Shown: positions 19,560-28,974, counted from the first letter of the stretch. The stretch: DNA of 64,000 bases from Synechococcus sp. UW140 (GCA_943371665.1 CALRVR020000014.1:2267-66266), one strand, 5' to 3'. Numbers and translations: made by a program. The notes: generated by a model not told the origin, from the sequence alone.

Positions 19560-19667
19560 ACGGGTGGGTACGCTTGACGTCACAGGTGCGGCGCCGCACG
19601 GACCTTCCGCCCTCGCGGCATCAGCATCCAGCGATGTCGATGGTTTGAAGCCCGATGAAAGAGCACC

Positions 19668-20366
19668 GTGCACACCTTCAGGATCTACCGCTACGACCCG
19701 GATGTCGACGCCCGACCCCGCATGCAGACGCGGGAAGTCGAGGTCGACCCGGGCGACCGCATGCTGCTCGATGTGCTGATGCGCCTGAAAGCAGAGGACC
19801 CGAGCCTGTCCTTCCGGCGTTCGTGCCGCGAGGGTGTCTGCGGCTCGGACGCGATGAACATCAACGGCAGGAACGGGCTGGCCTGCGTCACCAACATGCA
19901 GGCGCTGGGCCGCGTGGTCACGCTCAAACCCTTGCCAGGCCTGCCCGTCATTCGCGACCTGATCGTCGACATGACCGATTTCTTCAAGCAGTACCATTCG
20001 ATCAAGCCCTTTCTCATCAACCCGGCTCCGCCACCGGAGCGGGAGCATCTGCAGTCGATCGAGCAGCGTGAAGAGCTCAATGGCTTGTACGAATGCATCC
20101 TGTGCGCCTGCTGCTCATCGGCCTGTCCCAGCTTTTGGTGGAATCCGGACAAATATGTGGGTCCAGCCGGCCTGTTGCAGGCCTGCCGGTTTCTCGTCGA
20201 CAGCCGCGACACGGCCACAGGCGAGCGCCTTGATGACCTGAATGACCCTTTTCGCCTTTTTCGCTGCCGCGACATCCTGAACTGCGTGGATGTGTGCCCA
20301 AAAGGGCTGCTGCCTGCGGCAGCCATCGGCAAGATCAAAGAAATGATGGTCCGGCGCAGCATCTGA
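19668..20366 (+). CDS. sdhB: Succinate dehydrogenase iron-sulfur subunit (orphan copy)
   Basis: SCREGVCGSD, ECILCACCSSACPSFWWN, FRCxxIxNCVDVCPKG; no sdhA/C/D adjacent. Confidence 0.93.
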   Translation: MHTFRIYRYDPDVDARPRMQTREVEVDPGDRMLLDVLMRLKAEDPSLSFRRSCREGVCGSDAMNINGRNGLACVTNMQALGRVVTLKPLPGLPVIRDLIVDMTDFFKQYHSIKPFLINPAPPPEREHLQSIEQREELNGLYECILCACCSSACPSFWWNPDKYVGPAGLLQACRFLVDSRDTATGERLDDLNDPFRLFRCRDILNCVDVCPKGLLPAAAIGKIKEMMVRRSI

Positions 20367-20596
20367 AAACCGGATACCAGAACTCACTTTCTGCAACGAT
20401 GCACCAGCAGGCAGTTGCCCCTGGGCGCACCACCTACTGCCGAATGGAAGGCACTGCGTGCTGCTGGCGTGGTGACTTCAGAGTAGAGGTCATTTTTTTG
20501 GAATGCTCTTCACGCAACCCGCGTCGTTTGTGCGTGGATCAGCGACTTTTTGGAACACGAATCCCGCTGTAACCCGCGCCAATGCTCACTTCATCC

Positions 20597-20647
20597 ACCG
20601 GCCTGTCACGCCGGGGGTCGCGGGTTCGAGCCCCGTCCACTCCGCCA
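20597..20647 (+). mobile_element. 3' fragment of tRNA-Asp(GTC), probable attR of an integrated element
   Basis: ACCGGCCTGTCACGCCGGGGGTCGCGGGTTCGAGCCCCGTCCACTCCGCCA gives anticodon arm (GTC), T-arm and 3' acceptor strand with CCA; no 5' acceptor strand or D-arm upstream. Confidence 0.85.
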
Positions 20648-20656
20648 AAAATCCCG

Positions 20657-20697
20657 AACGGGGCAAACACTCAGTGGTGTTTGCCCCGTTTCTCTTT
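20657..20697 (+). terminator. Rho-independent terminator following the tRNA fragment
   Basis: 14-bp perfect stem AACGGGGCAAACAC/GTGTTTGCCCCGTT, 6-nt loop, then TCTCTTT. Confidence 0.85.
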
Positions 20698-20722
20698 GGC
20701 AAGCCGAAACCTGGTTCGAGGG

Positions 20723-20950
20723 TCAGATGCGCCAGAACAGCGGCGCCAGTTCGCGACCCATCCTTCGCCAGGTCAGGCAGCACATCAGGCCCGTTGCGAC
20801 GGGCCAGAGCAGCCAGAAGCCGTCCATCCCCAGCAGCCCGAACGCCGACGCCAGCATGACCAGCAGGCCGGCCAGGGCGGCGTTCATGCCCAGCGCGGTG
20901 ATTCGCCACTCCAGCCTGACCACCAGGGGAAGTTGCCAGTGGGTGTCCAT
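20723..20950 (-). CDS. Small hypothetical membrane protein (75 aa)
   Basis: MDTHWQLP... with two hydrophobic segments; fills the gap downstream of the PAP2 gene. Confidence 0.45.
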   Translation of the reverse strand: MDTHWQLPLVVRLEWRITALGMNAALAGLLVMLASAFGLLGMDGFWLLWPVATGLMCCLTWRRMGRELAPLFWRI

Positions 20951-21101
20951 CAGCGCGTGACCTCGAGCAATGCGTTGAACGCCGTCCGGACGCCCCGCCG
21001 ATGGCCAGTGAAAGTGGCCTTCAGCCTGCCCTGCGCGATGACCGCCGGGCCGATCGAGCGTGACTGCACAGCCTTGATCGGTTCCGAAGGGCAGTTTCCT
21101 T

Positions 21102-22415
21102 TCACCGTGCATCGCCCAGCGGACCCAGCATGCCCCGCACCGCCTGTTGGCCGATCTGCTCTCCGAGCTGCAGGCCTGCGGTGGTGGCAAAACGAAAGTG
21201 CAGGCCGGCGCGGACGCGCGAGTCGGCGTTCTCCCTGGCCGCCTCGCTGAAGCGCTTGAACGAGCGCGAGGGGGCCTCGGGCAGGGCGCTGGGTGAAGCC
21301 ATGGTGAAGGTGATCTGGTCGCCACCGAAAGCGTGTGCCAGGGCAACGGCCGCGGCCGCACCGAGCGCGCTGTGCGTGGACGGGTGGTCCTGCACCGGCG
21401 GGGTCGTGAGCAGTGGCTCCCAGTTGGCTTCGGCTGTGGTGGCCGGGTTGTTGTCGGTGCCGGCCTGCCGGATGGCCGTGACCGGACGCCAGAAGTTGTG
21501 GTGCATCTTGGAGTCCCAGCCGGCGATGTAGGCGTCGGCCATCACCGCGTTGAGCAGTGCGAAGGTGCGGGCGCGCTGCCACAAGTCCTGAGGCTGCTTG
21601 CGAGCCACCGTACGGGCGATCCGGTTCCAGCCGCTGTCGGAGAATTCATACCAGTAGGCGGCGTACCGCGTCTGATCGGTGCTGCGCCGGGCGCTGGCGG
21701 CTTTGCTGCCGGTGGCCTTCACTTCGTTGAAGTCGGCGGCATACGCCGCGCTGCCCAGGGCCGGTGGTGCTGCCACACGGAACTGGCGCGGCGAACGCAT
21801 GGTGAACGGCGTGACGGCGCGCCAGTGCGGTGCGGCGACGAAGTCGAATCCGGGCACGAACCGGTACTCGCCGGGACGGTTGCCTGGCTGGTACGGCTCG
21901 GTGGCCTGGCTGCCGTCGTTGGCGCGCCTGGCCAGTATCGAGGCTGCGGCAGCGGCGCCAAGTTTCTTGCCCTCGGTTGCTGAGGCACCCGGGCCGGCAT
22001 CGTGCAGCGTGGTGTCCAACGTGGCACCCAGCATCGCCTTCTGCTGGGGGAACAGGGCGAGCAGCACGTCGTGAGCGGCCACGGCAGCGGCCACGGTGGC
22101 GTCGGCCCGGGTCTTGCCGATGGGCGCTTCGGGCTGGTAGGCGTAGGCGCGGTAGCGCGGCTGCGCGGCATTGACGGCGTCGTGCATGGCCAGGTGCACC
22201 ATCGCCAGAATGCGCGACGCGGCCATCGGGTCCTGGTAGCCGGTGGCGGCCTTGATCACCTGGTGGGTCTGCTGGTTCCAGTCGATGACGACCTGGTCGC
22301 ATCGGTCAGCGCACCAGGTCTGGCCTTCATCGGCAGCATGGGACGCTGCAGACAGCGTGGCCATGGCCAACGCCATGATCCAGTGCGGTGCGTGCTTGCG
22401 GGTGATGTGAAGCAT
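21102..22415 (-). CDS. Secreted vanadium-dependent haloperoxidase-like / PAP2 superfamily protein
   Basis: Signal peptide (ASHA-AD); KMHHNFWRP, HPSTHS and SRVRAGLHF match the K-x6-RP, PSGH and SR-x5-H motifs; RBS AAGGA. Confidence 0.85.
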   Translation of the reverse strand: MLHITRKHAPHWIMALAMATLSAASHAADEGQTWCADRCDQVVIDWNQQTHQVIKAATGYQDPMAASRILAMVHLAMHDAVNAAQPRYRAYAYQPEAPIGKTRADATVAAAVAAHDVLLALFPQQKAMLGATLDTTLHDAGPGASATEGKKLGAAAAASILARRANDGSQATEPYQPGNRPGEYRFVPGFDFVAAPHWRAVTPFTMRSPRQFRVAAPPALGSAAYAADFNEVKATGSKAASARRSTDQTRYAAYWYEFSDSGWNRIARTVARKQPQDLWQRARTFALLNAVMADAYIAGWDSKMHHNFWRPVTAIRQAGTDNNPATTAEANWEPLLTTPPVQDHPSTHSALGAAAAVALAHAFGGDQITFTMASPSALPEAPSRSFKRFSEAARENADSRVRAGLHFRFATTAGLQLGEQIGQQAVRGMLGPLGDAR

Positions 22416-22542
22416 GGTGTTTTCCTTGAAACGGTCGGGGATGGGTGAGGCGCCCATGGTCGTTTTGACACCGGGTTTGCAACAGTGCTGAAATCGCCCG
22501 GAAACGGTCCGTTCGTGCCAGTCGGGAGGACATCGAACCACC

Positions 22543-23574
22543 ATGCCCAAGCCAACCACCCATGCCGGGGCCAGCCCCATCCACGTCTGCCTTGTCGCTT
22601 TGCCCGACGCGGTGGCTTCCACCCTGTTCGGCATCTTCGATGTGATGAATGCGTTCACCCTCATGCGCCTGTCGCCGGAGGGCAAGCGCCCACCGTTTAA
22701 GGTGGAGATCGTGGGCGAGTCCGCGGGCGCCCTGCAAGTGGCCAGTGGTGTGCCGATCACGGTGCAGCGCTCGATCGCCGACATTCAGAGCGCCGACATC
22801 GTCATCGTTCCGTCGATCCTGTTGAAGGGCGACGGCTGGCGAATGGACCGCTACCCTGCGCTGGTGACATGGCTGAAGCGAATGAACGCCGGTGGCGCGG
22901 TGATGTGTTCGGCGTGCTCGGGCATCTTCCTGCTCGCCGAGACCGGGCTCTTCGACGGCAAGGACGCCACGGTGCACTACGGCTACGCGCCAGGGTTCTC
23001 GGCGGCGTTTCCGGCGGTCTCGGTGCACCCGGAGAAGGTGCTCGTGATCTCGGGTCTGCGCGAGGACCTGGTCAGTTCGGGCGCGTCAACCACCTGGCAT
23101 GACCTCGTTCTCTATCTGATTGCCCGCTATCTTGGCGCCACGGACGCGCAGGAGGTGGCGCGCATGTTTGCACTGCAATGGCACCAGGACGGGCTCACGC
23201 CCTTCATGGTCTTCGAGGGCAAGAGCGATCACGGCGACGCCGAGATCCAGTCGGCGCAGCAATGGCTGGCCAAGCACTTTTCTGCTGCCAACCCGGTGGA
23301 CGAAATGATCCGGCGCTCGAAGCTGGCCGAGCGTACCTTCAAGCGCCGCTTCACCGCTGCAACCGGCATGGCGCCCATCGCCTATGTCCAGCGTTTGCGA
23401 ATTGAAGACGCCAAGCGCCGGCTTGAGCGCACCGAGGCGTCGGTCGACGACATCAGCTGGCGCGTGGGCTACGAAGACCCGGCCTTTTTCCGGCGATTGT
23501 TCAAGCGCACCACGGGACTGGCCCCGGGTGCTTACCGCAAGCGCTTTCGCATTCCCGCTTTTGCCCGTTCATGA
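22543..23574 (+). CDS. GlxA-family (DJ-1/PfpI + AraC) transcriptional regulator
   Basis: SACSG..LAETGLFDG..ATVH; C-terminal ERTFKRRF and VGYEDPAFFRRLFKR. Confidence 0.92.
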   Translation: MPKPTTHAGASPIHVCLVALPDAVASTLFGIFDVMNAFTLMRLSPEGKRPPFKVEIVGESAGALQVASGVPITVQRSIADIQSADIVIVPSILLKGDGWRMDRYPALVTWLKRMNAGGAVMCSACSGIFLLAETGLFDGKDATVHYGYAPGFSAAFPAVSVHPEKVLVISGLREDLVSSGASTTWHDLVLYLIARYLGATDAQEVARMFALQWHQDGLTPFMVFEGKSDHGDAEIQSAQQWLAKHFSAANPVDEMIRRSKLAERTFKRRFTAATGMAPIAYVQRLRIEDAKRRLERTEASVDDISWRVGYEDPAFFRRLFKRTTGLAPGAYRKRFRIPAFARS

Positions 23575-23777
23575 CCGTGCGGACGATCGGGCATCGTTTG
23601 CGGAGCGGGCAAAGGTTTTGCCATTGGCCGTGTGGAGGGACCTTCGCCGCCTCCAGGTTCTGGCACCTCGATGCCTTGCGGCAGTTGCTCAGTGGTGCCA
23701 GCCCCGTTTGTCTTTGGGCGTATGCTGGTGAGGGGCGCCAACGCCACGAGCCAAGGGATGGTCCCGGGCCATCCGCG

Positions 23778-24425
23778 TCACCTGGTGTCCAGTCCAGGGG
23801 GCAGGGCTGGCCGAAGACCGGGATCGCCAACCCCCATTCGCACCAGTGCAGCGCGCGCGCCAGCGAGGTCGTTCACGACATTCAGGCGGGTGACCTGGTG
23901 GAACTCGTCGCGCCACACCCGCCATGTGCCGATGTAGACGGCCTTGTCCTGCCGCCGAACATCCAGCGTGACGGGCGCCGGCAAGCGCAGTTGGGCCGAG
24001 TTGACCACCGCCTGGCGTTTCCCGTAGAGGAGCGGCTCGTACTCCATGTACACCAAGGCATCCGTGATGTGGCGGTGGTCGCGCTTGACGACGAACGCGA
24101 ACCATTCGTTGAGCAACGGGTTGATGTAATGGCCAGCGGCCTCACGGGTGCCAGAGGGCGAGTCGTTCAGGAACATCACCGCTCTCTGGTTCAGCTTTCC
24201 CTTCATGTCGGCGGGATCAAAGCCACCGACCCGCAGCTTCTGTTCGTCTGGCCCGAGGCGCGGGATCAGATCGATACGCCCGACCATCCACACTTCGTCA
24301 TCGGCCGGTGTTCTTGAGCCACTGACCTCGGGATAGCGGGTCGGGATGAGGGAGCCGCACGCGCCCAGGGTGGTCAGTGCGACCGCCCCCATGGCCACCA
24401 TTCCTTTGCGTCGAGACAGCAACAT
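23778..24425 (-). CDS. Hypothetical lipoprotein
   Basis: SRRK + hydrophobic stretch + LGA-C lipobox; RBS GAGGAG before ATG 24425. Confidence 0.75.
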   Translation of the reverse strand: MLLSRRKGMVAMGAVALTTLGACGSLIPTRYPEVSGSRTPADDEVWMVGRIDLIPRLGPDEQKLRVGGFDPADMKGKLNQRAVMFLNDSPSGTREAAGHYINPLLNEWFAFVVKRDHRHITDALVYMEYEPLLYGKRQAVVNSAQLRLPAPVTLDVRRQDKAVYIGTWRVWRDEFHQVTRLNVVNDLAGARAALVRMGVGDPGLRPALPPGLDTR

Positions 24426-24434
24426 GCGCACTCC

Positions 24435-25007
24435 TCAGGGGCCGATCGATTGGCGCAACCGCTGGATCTGAAGTGCATAGCCCTTCAGCGCCGGGTCGCC
24501 CTCCACCGTGCGCAGCACCCGCTGCAACACCTCGCGCTCGCTGGGCGCGGAGGTGCTGTTAATCTGGAACTTGCCCGCCTCCAGCAAACCGGTGCGCTGC
24601 GGCGCGTAACGGTACGAGCCCATGAAGAACACACCCGGGCGCTCGATGCGGATGGCGGTGGCGTTGCGACCTCTCGTACCCCACTCGTACTCATGGGCAG
24701 CGCCGCCAAAGCCAGCCCAACCACTCTGACCGCCGAAGCGATCGATCTGGTAGGAACCGGGGTCGACGCCGATGTGGAAGAAGACACCATCCTCGACGCG
24801 GGCACGGTAGTGGTGATCGGTGCCGGGCCCATACGCCTTGATGGAGACCCATCCCAGGCGAGACGGTGCCTCGCGCATGTCGATATATCCGGCCACGATC
24901 GAAAGATTCTCTGCCTTCGGATCGACGTTTTCTCGTGGTGTGCCGCAACCCACAAGACCGGTGCTGATCGACACCAGACCCAGGCCCAGCCATTTGCGTC
25001 TGTTCAT
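24435..25007 (-). CDS. Hypothetical lipoprotein
   Basis: MNRRKW + hydrophobic stretch + LVG-C lipobox; strong RBS GGAGGAGGA. Confidence 0.78.
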   Translation of the reverse strand: MNRRKWLGLGLVSISTGLVGCGTPRENVDPKAENLSIVAGYIDMREAPSRLGWVSIKAYGPGTDHHYRARVEDGVFFHIGVDPGSYQIDRFGGQSGWAGFGGAAHEYEWGTRGRNATAIRIERPGVFFMGSYRYAPQRTGLLEAGKFQINSTSAPSEREVLQRVLRTVEGDPALKGYALQIQRLRQSIGP

Positions 25008-25156
25008 TGTTCCTCCTCCCCCTCGGGACATGTCTTTGCCTGCCTCGCTTCGCTGGCGTCACCCGGACGAGCGGGCATGGCCCACGGCCGGCGACTCTAG
25101 CGGATCACCACCGCACAAGGCAAAGGCACATGTTGTATGCGTACATCAGGTGCGCA

Positions 25157-25699
25157 TCAATGGTCACCGTGGTGCACCTGCACGCCTCGCATCCACGCCA
25201 TCAGATCGATGTGGCCCGAGCCCCCAGCCGTCTGCTCGCTGTCCTTGGCGTTGCCCTTCTTCAGCTGCGGCCGGTGCCGAGGCTGGTGTTTGTCCAGGCT
25301 GTGTTGCGACAACGTGTCCAGGATCGCGCAGTGCGGGCGGTCGTCTCCCGGGCAGGCCTGCACCAGCGCCGAGAGGCCGCTCATCATCTGCTCGATCTCC
25401 CGGCGCTTTTCCTCCAGGCTGGCCAGGTGCCGCTCGGCCACGGTCTTGACCTCGCGGCTGGAGCGTTTCGAATCGCTCCACAGGCCGATGAGCTCGGCGA
25501 TCTGCGCAATCGAAAAACCCAGATGGCGCGAGCGTCCGATGAAGCGGAGCACCGACACCTCGCGTTCGCTGTAAAGACGGTACCCAGACTCGTTTCGGTC
25601 TGCCTCGGGCAGCAGTCCGATGAGTTCGTAGTGGCGGATCATCTTGGGCGAAACGCCGGCTGCGGTGGCGGCCTGGCCGATGTTCATGAGCGTGGACAT
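25157..25699 (-). CDS. cueR: Cu(I)-responsive MerR-family regulator with C-terminal extension
   Basis: MNIGQAA..KMIRHYE..GYR.Y; metal loop CPGDDRPHC. Confidence 0.92.
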   Translation of the reverse strand: MSTLMNIGQAATAAGVSPKMIRHYELIGLLPEADRNESGYRLYSEREVSVLRFIGRSRHLGFSIAQIAELIGLWSDSKRSSREVKTVAERHLASLEEKRREIEQMMSGLSALVQACPGDDRPHCAILDTLSQHSLDKHQPRHRPQLKKGNAKDSEQTAGGSGHIDLMAWMRGVQVHHGDH

Positions 25700-25730
25700 G
25701 GTGATCTCCAGAAAATGCGCAACGGGGTGA

Positions 25731-25761
25731 AGCTTGAAGCCTCACCCCGTGGGAAGGTCAA
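25731..25761 (-). promoter_or_regulatory. CueR-type promoter of cueR
   Basis: Minus strand TTGACC-TTCCCACGGGGTGAGGCTT(19)-CAAGCT containing ACCTTCC half-site. Confidence 0.75.
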
Positions 25762-25790
25762 TGGTCGGCCCGGGCCTGGCCGACAGTCGG

Positions 25791-25985
25791 TCAGGGCGCG
25801 GGGGGGTAGCCCGAGTCGGTCAACGCCTCGACCAGCGCGGCGCGGTCTTCGCGGCTCTTGACCTGCACCTTGCGGCTGGCGACGTCGACCGACACCTCAC
25901 AGGCGGGGTCGACGAGCTTGAGAGCGAGGTTGACGGTGGAGGCGCAGTGGCCGCAGGTCATGGCGGGAAGGTGAAATTCGTGCAT
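25791..25985 (-). CDS. copZ: Copper chaperone (HMA domain)
   Basis: 64 aa, MTCGHC motif. Confidence 0.9.
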   Translation of the reverse strand: MHEFHLPAMTCGHCASTVNLALKLVDPACEVSVDVASRKVQVKSREDRAALVEALTDSGYPPAP

Positions 25986-26014
25986 GGAAGACTCCGAAAA
26001 GTTTGGGAGTCGAC

Positions 26015-26045
26015 AGCCTGGGGCTTGCCACAGTGACAAACGCAA
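26015..26045 (-). promoter_or_regulatory. CueR-type promoter of copZ
   Basis: Minus strand TTGCGT-TTGTCACTGTGGCAAGCCC(19)-CAGGCT. Confidence 0.65.
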
Positions 26046-26069
26046 GCCTGCGCACCGCGCTGATCCGGT

Positions 26070-26100
26070 TTGACCTTGACAACGTGGCAGGCCAGACGAT
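26070..26100 (+). promoter_or_regulatory. CueR-type promoter of the DUF2917 gene
   Basis: TTGACC-TTGACAACGTGGCAGGCCA(19)-GACGAT. Confidence 0.65.
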
Positions 26101-26131
26101 GGGCAGCTCCTTCCTCCCACGGAGCACTGCC

Positions 26132-26497
26132 ATGTCCCCACACTGCCTCTTCCAACACCCCGGGTTCGGCCCCTTCCACATCAGCGAATGGAGCCTCTCG
26201 CCCGAGCACAGCCTGATGCTGCCGGTGCAGCCCGGGGACGTTCTTCAATCTGCCCAGGGCACCGTCTGGATCACCGTGGACGGCCATCCGCGGGACACCC
26301 TGCTCGCTCCTGGCGAGGTGCACACCGTGGGTGCGAGCGCCGTGCTGCGGCTGAGCGGCTTCGACGCGCCACGCGTGAAGGTGCTGAGTCGCCGCACCGT
26401 GCAGGCCCACCCCTGGCGCGATACCCGGGGTTGGCGCCACTGGCTGCCGATGGCACGGGCCTGGGCTCATCGCCGACTCGAATCTCCCGCTGCTTGA
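26132..26497 (+). CDS. DUF2917-like small cupin-fold protein
   Basis: [21 protein letters not shown] matches the GxxWxT..D..L.xGE pattern; RBS GGAG. Confidence 0.7.
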   Translation: MSPHCLFQHPGFGPFHISEWSLSPEHSLMLPVQPGDVLQSAQGTVWITVDGHPRDTLLAPGEVHTVGASAVLRLSGFDAPRVKVLSRRTVQAHPWRDTRGWRHWLPMARAWAHRRLESPAA

Positions 26498-26524
26498 CCT
26501 TGCCCCCGTGGCAAGGCCGAGCAT
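26494..26524 (+). promoter_or_regulatory. CueR-type promoter of copA
   Basis: TTGACC-TTGCCCCCGTGGCAAGGCC(19)-GAGCAT with CCTTGCC/GGCAAGG dyad. Confidence 0.8.
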
Positions 26525-26552
26525 TCGACCCACACCAATCTGGAGTCATTGC

Positions 26553-28934
26553 ATGAACGCATCCACCACCCTCGTGGCGCACGAGTTTCCCATCGAGGGA
26601 ATGACCTGTGCTTCCTGTGTCAGCCGGGTCGAGAGGGCCCTCAAGGCGGTGCCGGGCGTCGCCAGTGTCGACGTCAATCTGGCGACCGAGCGCGCCACGG
26701 TGAACGCCACCGGGGCGACACCCGGGGCCGCGCTGATCGCGGCCGTCGACAAAGCGGGCTACGGCGTCGCCGCAGAAACGTTCGAGTTCACCATCGAGGG
26801 CATGACCTGCGCATCGTGTGTGTCGCGCGTCGAGAAGGCCCTCCGATCGGTGGCTGGTGTGAAGGAGGCCGAGGTCAATCTCGCCACGGAGCGCGCCACC
26901 GTCAAGTCGGTCGGCGTGCTGGCAGGTGCCCTGGTGGCGGCGGTCGACAAGGCGGGATACCGGGCCGTGGTTCTCGACGAGAACCCCGGGCAGCGGACGG
27001 CGGTGTCCAAGGGCGAGCCGCTCTGGCCGGTGTTGCTCGCGGCCGCGCTGTCCCTGCCGCTGGTGATTCCCATGGTCGGCATGTTGTTGGGTGCCGACTG
27101 GATGATTGACGGTTGGTGGCAACTGGCGCTGGCCACGCCGGTGCAGTTCTGGCTGGGTGCTCGCTTCTACCGGGCCGGCTGGAGGGCCGTGCGGGCGGGC
27201 GCCGGCAACATGGACCTGCTGGTGGCGTTGGGCACCAGCGCAGGCTACGGCCTGAGCGTCTACCTGCTGTTCAAGCACGCGGAACACGGCACGCCGCACC
27301 TGTACTTCGAAGCATCCGCCGTGATCATCACGCTGGTGCTGCTGGGCAAGTGGCTGGAGTCGCGCGCCAAACGGCAGACCACCGCCGCCATCGCCGCACT
27401 GAATGCGCTCAAACCCGAGGTGGCGCGTGTTCGCACGCCCCACGGCGACCTCGACCTGCCGCTTGCCCGCGTGAAGTTGAACGACCTGGTGGTGATCCGT
27501 CCGGGTGAGCGCGTGCCGGTGGACGGCGTGGTGGTCGAGGGCGCCAGCCAGGTGGACGAATCGCTTATCACGGGCGAAAGCCTGCCCGTGGCCAAACACG
27601 TGGACGACAAGGTCACGGGCGGCGCCATCAACGCCGAGGGACTGCTGCTGGTTCGCACCACCGCGGTGGGCGCCGAGTCCACGCTATCTCGCATCGTGCG
27701 CATGGTGGAGTCGGCCCAGGCCCGCAAGGCGCCGATCCAGCGCATCGTGGACCGCGTGAGTGCGATCTTCGTCCCGGTGGTGCTGGTGCTGGCCGCGCTC
27801 ACGCTGGTGGGCTGGGGTCTGGGCACGGGCGACTGGGAACAGGCCATCCTGAATGCGGTGGCGGTGCTGGTCATCGCCTGCCCCTGCGCGCTGGGCCTGG
27901 CCACGCCCACGGCCATCATGGCCGGCACCGGCGTGGCAGCGCGCCAAGGCATTCTGATCAAGGACGCAGAGGCGCTGGAACTCGCGCACCGCATCGGCAC
28001 CGTGGCATTCGACAAGACCGGTACCCTGACCGAGGGCAAGCCGACGCTGGTGGCCGCGATCGCAGCGCCTGGTCATGACAGCGATCTGCTGTCCTGGAGC
28101 GCGGCCATCCAGGCGGGCAGTGAACACCCGCTTGCGCGCGCCGTGATGGATGCCGCCAGGCAAGCGGGCGTGCCTCTGCTGTCGGCCGCCAAGGTGAGCG
28201 CGGTGGCTGGCCGTGGCATGTCCGCCGAGGTGCAGGGTCGTGCCCTGCGCCTGGGCAGCCCGCGCTACATGCAGGAACTCGGCGTCGACACCTCGGCGCT
28301 GCGGCCACAGGCCACTGCCCTGCAAGACGACGGACGCACGGTGTCCTGGCTGTCGGACGTGACCGATCGCCCGGTACTGGTCGGCCTGCTGGCCTTCGGC
28401 GACGCCCCCAAAGCCAGCGCAAGGCATGCAATCGACCGGCTGCGCGCCATGAACGTGCGCTCGGTCATGGTGACCGGTGACAACCTGGGAAGTGCCACCG
28501 CGGTGACCAGCCAGCTCGGGGTGGACCACATCGAGGCCGAGGTGCTGCCCGCGGACAAGGCCGCCATCGTGAACCGCCTGAAGGAGGGCGGTCACACCGT
28601 GGCCATGGTGGGCGATGGCATCAACGACGCTCCCGCGCTGGCGTCGGCCGACGTGGGCATTGCCATGTCCACCGGCACCGATGTGGCCATGCACGCCGCG
28701 GGCATCACGCTGATGCGCGGTGACCCCGCGCTGGTGGCCGATGCGATCGACATCTCCCGCCGCACCTACCGCAAGATCCGCCAGAACCTGTTCTGGGCCT
28801 TTGCCTACAACGTGATCGGCATCCCGCTGGCCGCGGCCGGTCTGCTGAACCCGGTGGTGGCGGGTGCCGCCATGGCCCTCAGCAGCGTGAGCGTGGTGAG
28901 CAACGCGTTGCTGTTGCGGGGTTGGCACCGCTGA
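26553..28934 (+). CDS. copA: Cu(I)-translocating P1B-type ATPase
   Basis: Two GMTCASC HMA domains, TGES, CPCAL, DKTGT, SEHP, GDGIND, YN and MALSS motifs. Confidence 0.96.
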   Translation: MNASTTLVAHEFPIEGMTCASCVSRVERALKAVPGVASVDVNLATERATVNATGATPGAALIAAVDKAGYGVAAETFEFTIEGMTCASCVSRVEKALRSVAGVKEAEVNLATERATVKSVGVLAGALVAAVDKAGYRAVVLDENPGQRTAVSKGEPLWPVLLAAALSLPLVIPMVGMLLGADWMIDGWWQLALATPVQFWLGARFYRAGWRAVRAGAGNMDLLVALGTSAGYGLSVYLLFKHAEHGTPHLYFEASAVIITLVLLGKWLESRAKRQTTAAIAALNALKPEVARVRTPHGDLDLPLARVKLNDLVVIRPGERVPVDGVVVEGASQVDESLITGESLPVAKHVDDKVTGGAINAEGLLLVRTTAVGAESTLSRIVRMVESAQARKAPIQRIVDRVSAIFVPVVLVLAALTLVGWGLGTGDWEQAILNAVAVLVIACPCALGLATPTAIMAGTGVAARQGILIKDAEALELAHRIGTVAFDKTGTLTEGKPTLVAAIAAPGHDSDLLSWSAAIQAGSEHPLARAVMDAARQAGVPLLSAAKVSAVAGRGMSAEVQGRALRLGSPRYMQELGVDTSALRPQATALQDDGRTVSWLSDVTDRPVLVGLLAFGDAPKASARHAIDRLRAMNVRSVMVTGDNLGSATAVTSQLGVDHIEAEVLPADKAAIVNRLKEGGHTVAMVGDGINDAPALASADVGIAMSTGTDVAMHAAGITLMRGDPALVADAIDISRRTYRKIRQNLFWAFAYNVIGIPLAAAGLLNPVVAGAAMALSSVSVVSNALLLRGWHR

Positions 28935-28974
28935 GGCGGGATCCGACCTGTCTGGCTGCCGACGGGATGTCGGT

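Noticed and set aside
19574-19590. TTGACGTCA upstream of sdhB as an FNR site
   Set aside because: Only one half-site; no matching TCAA at the right spacing
20570-20647. Intact tRNA-Asp gene
   Set aside because: No 5' acceptor strand or D-arm; only the 3' 51 bp are present
26580-26965. Roughly 200-bp tandem similarity at the copA 5' end
   Set aside because: Ordinary duplicated HMA domains, not a mobile or array repeat
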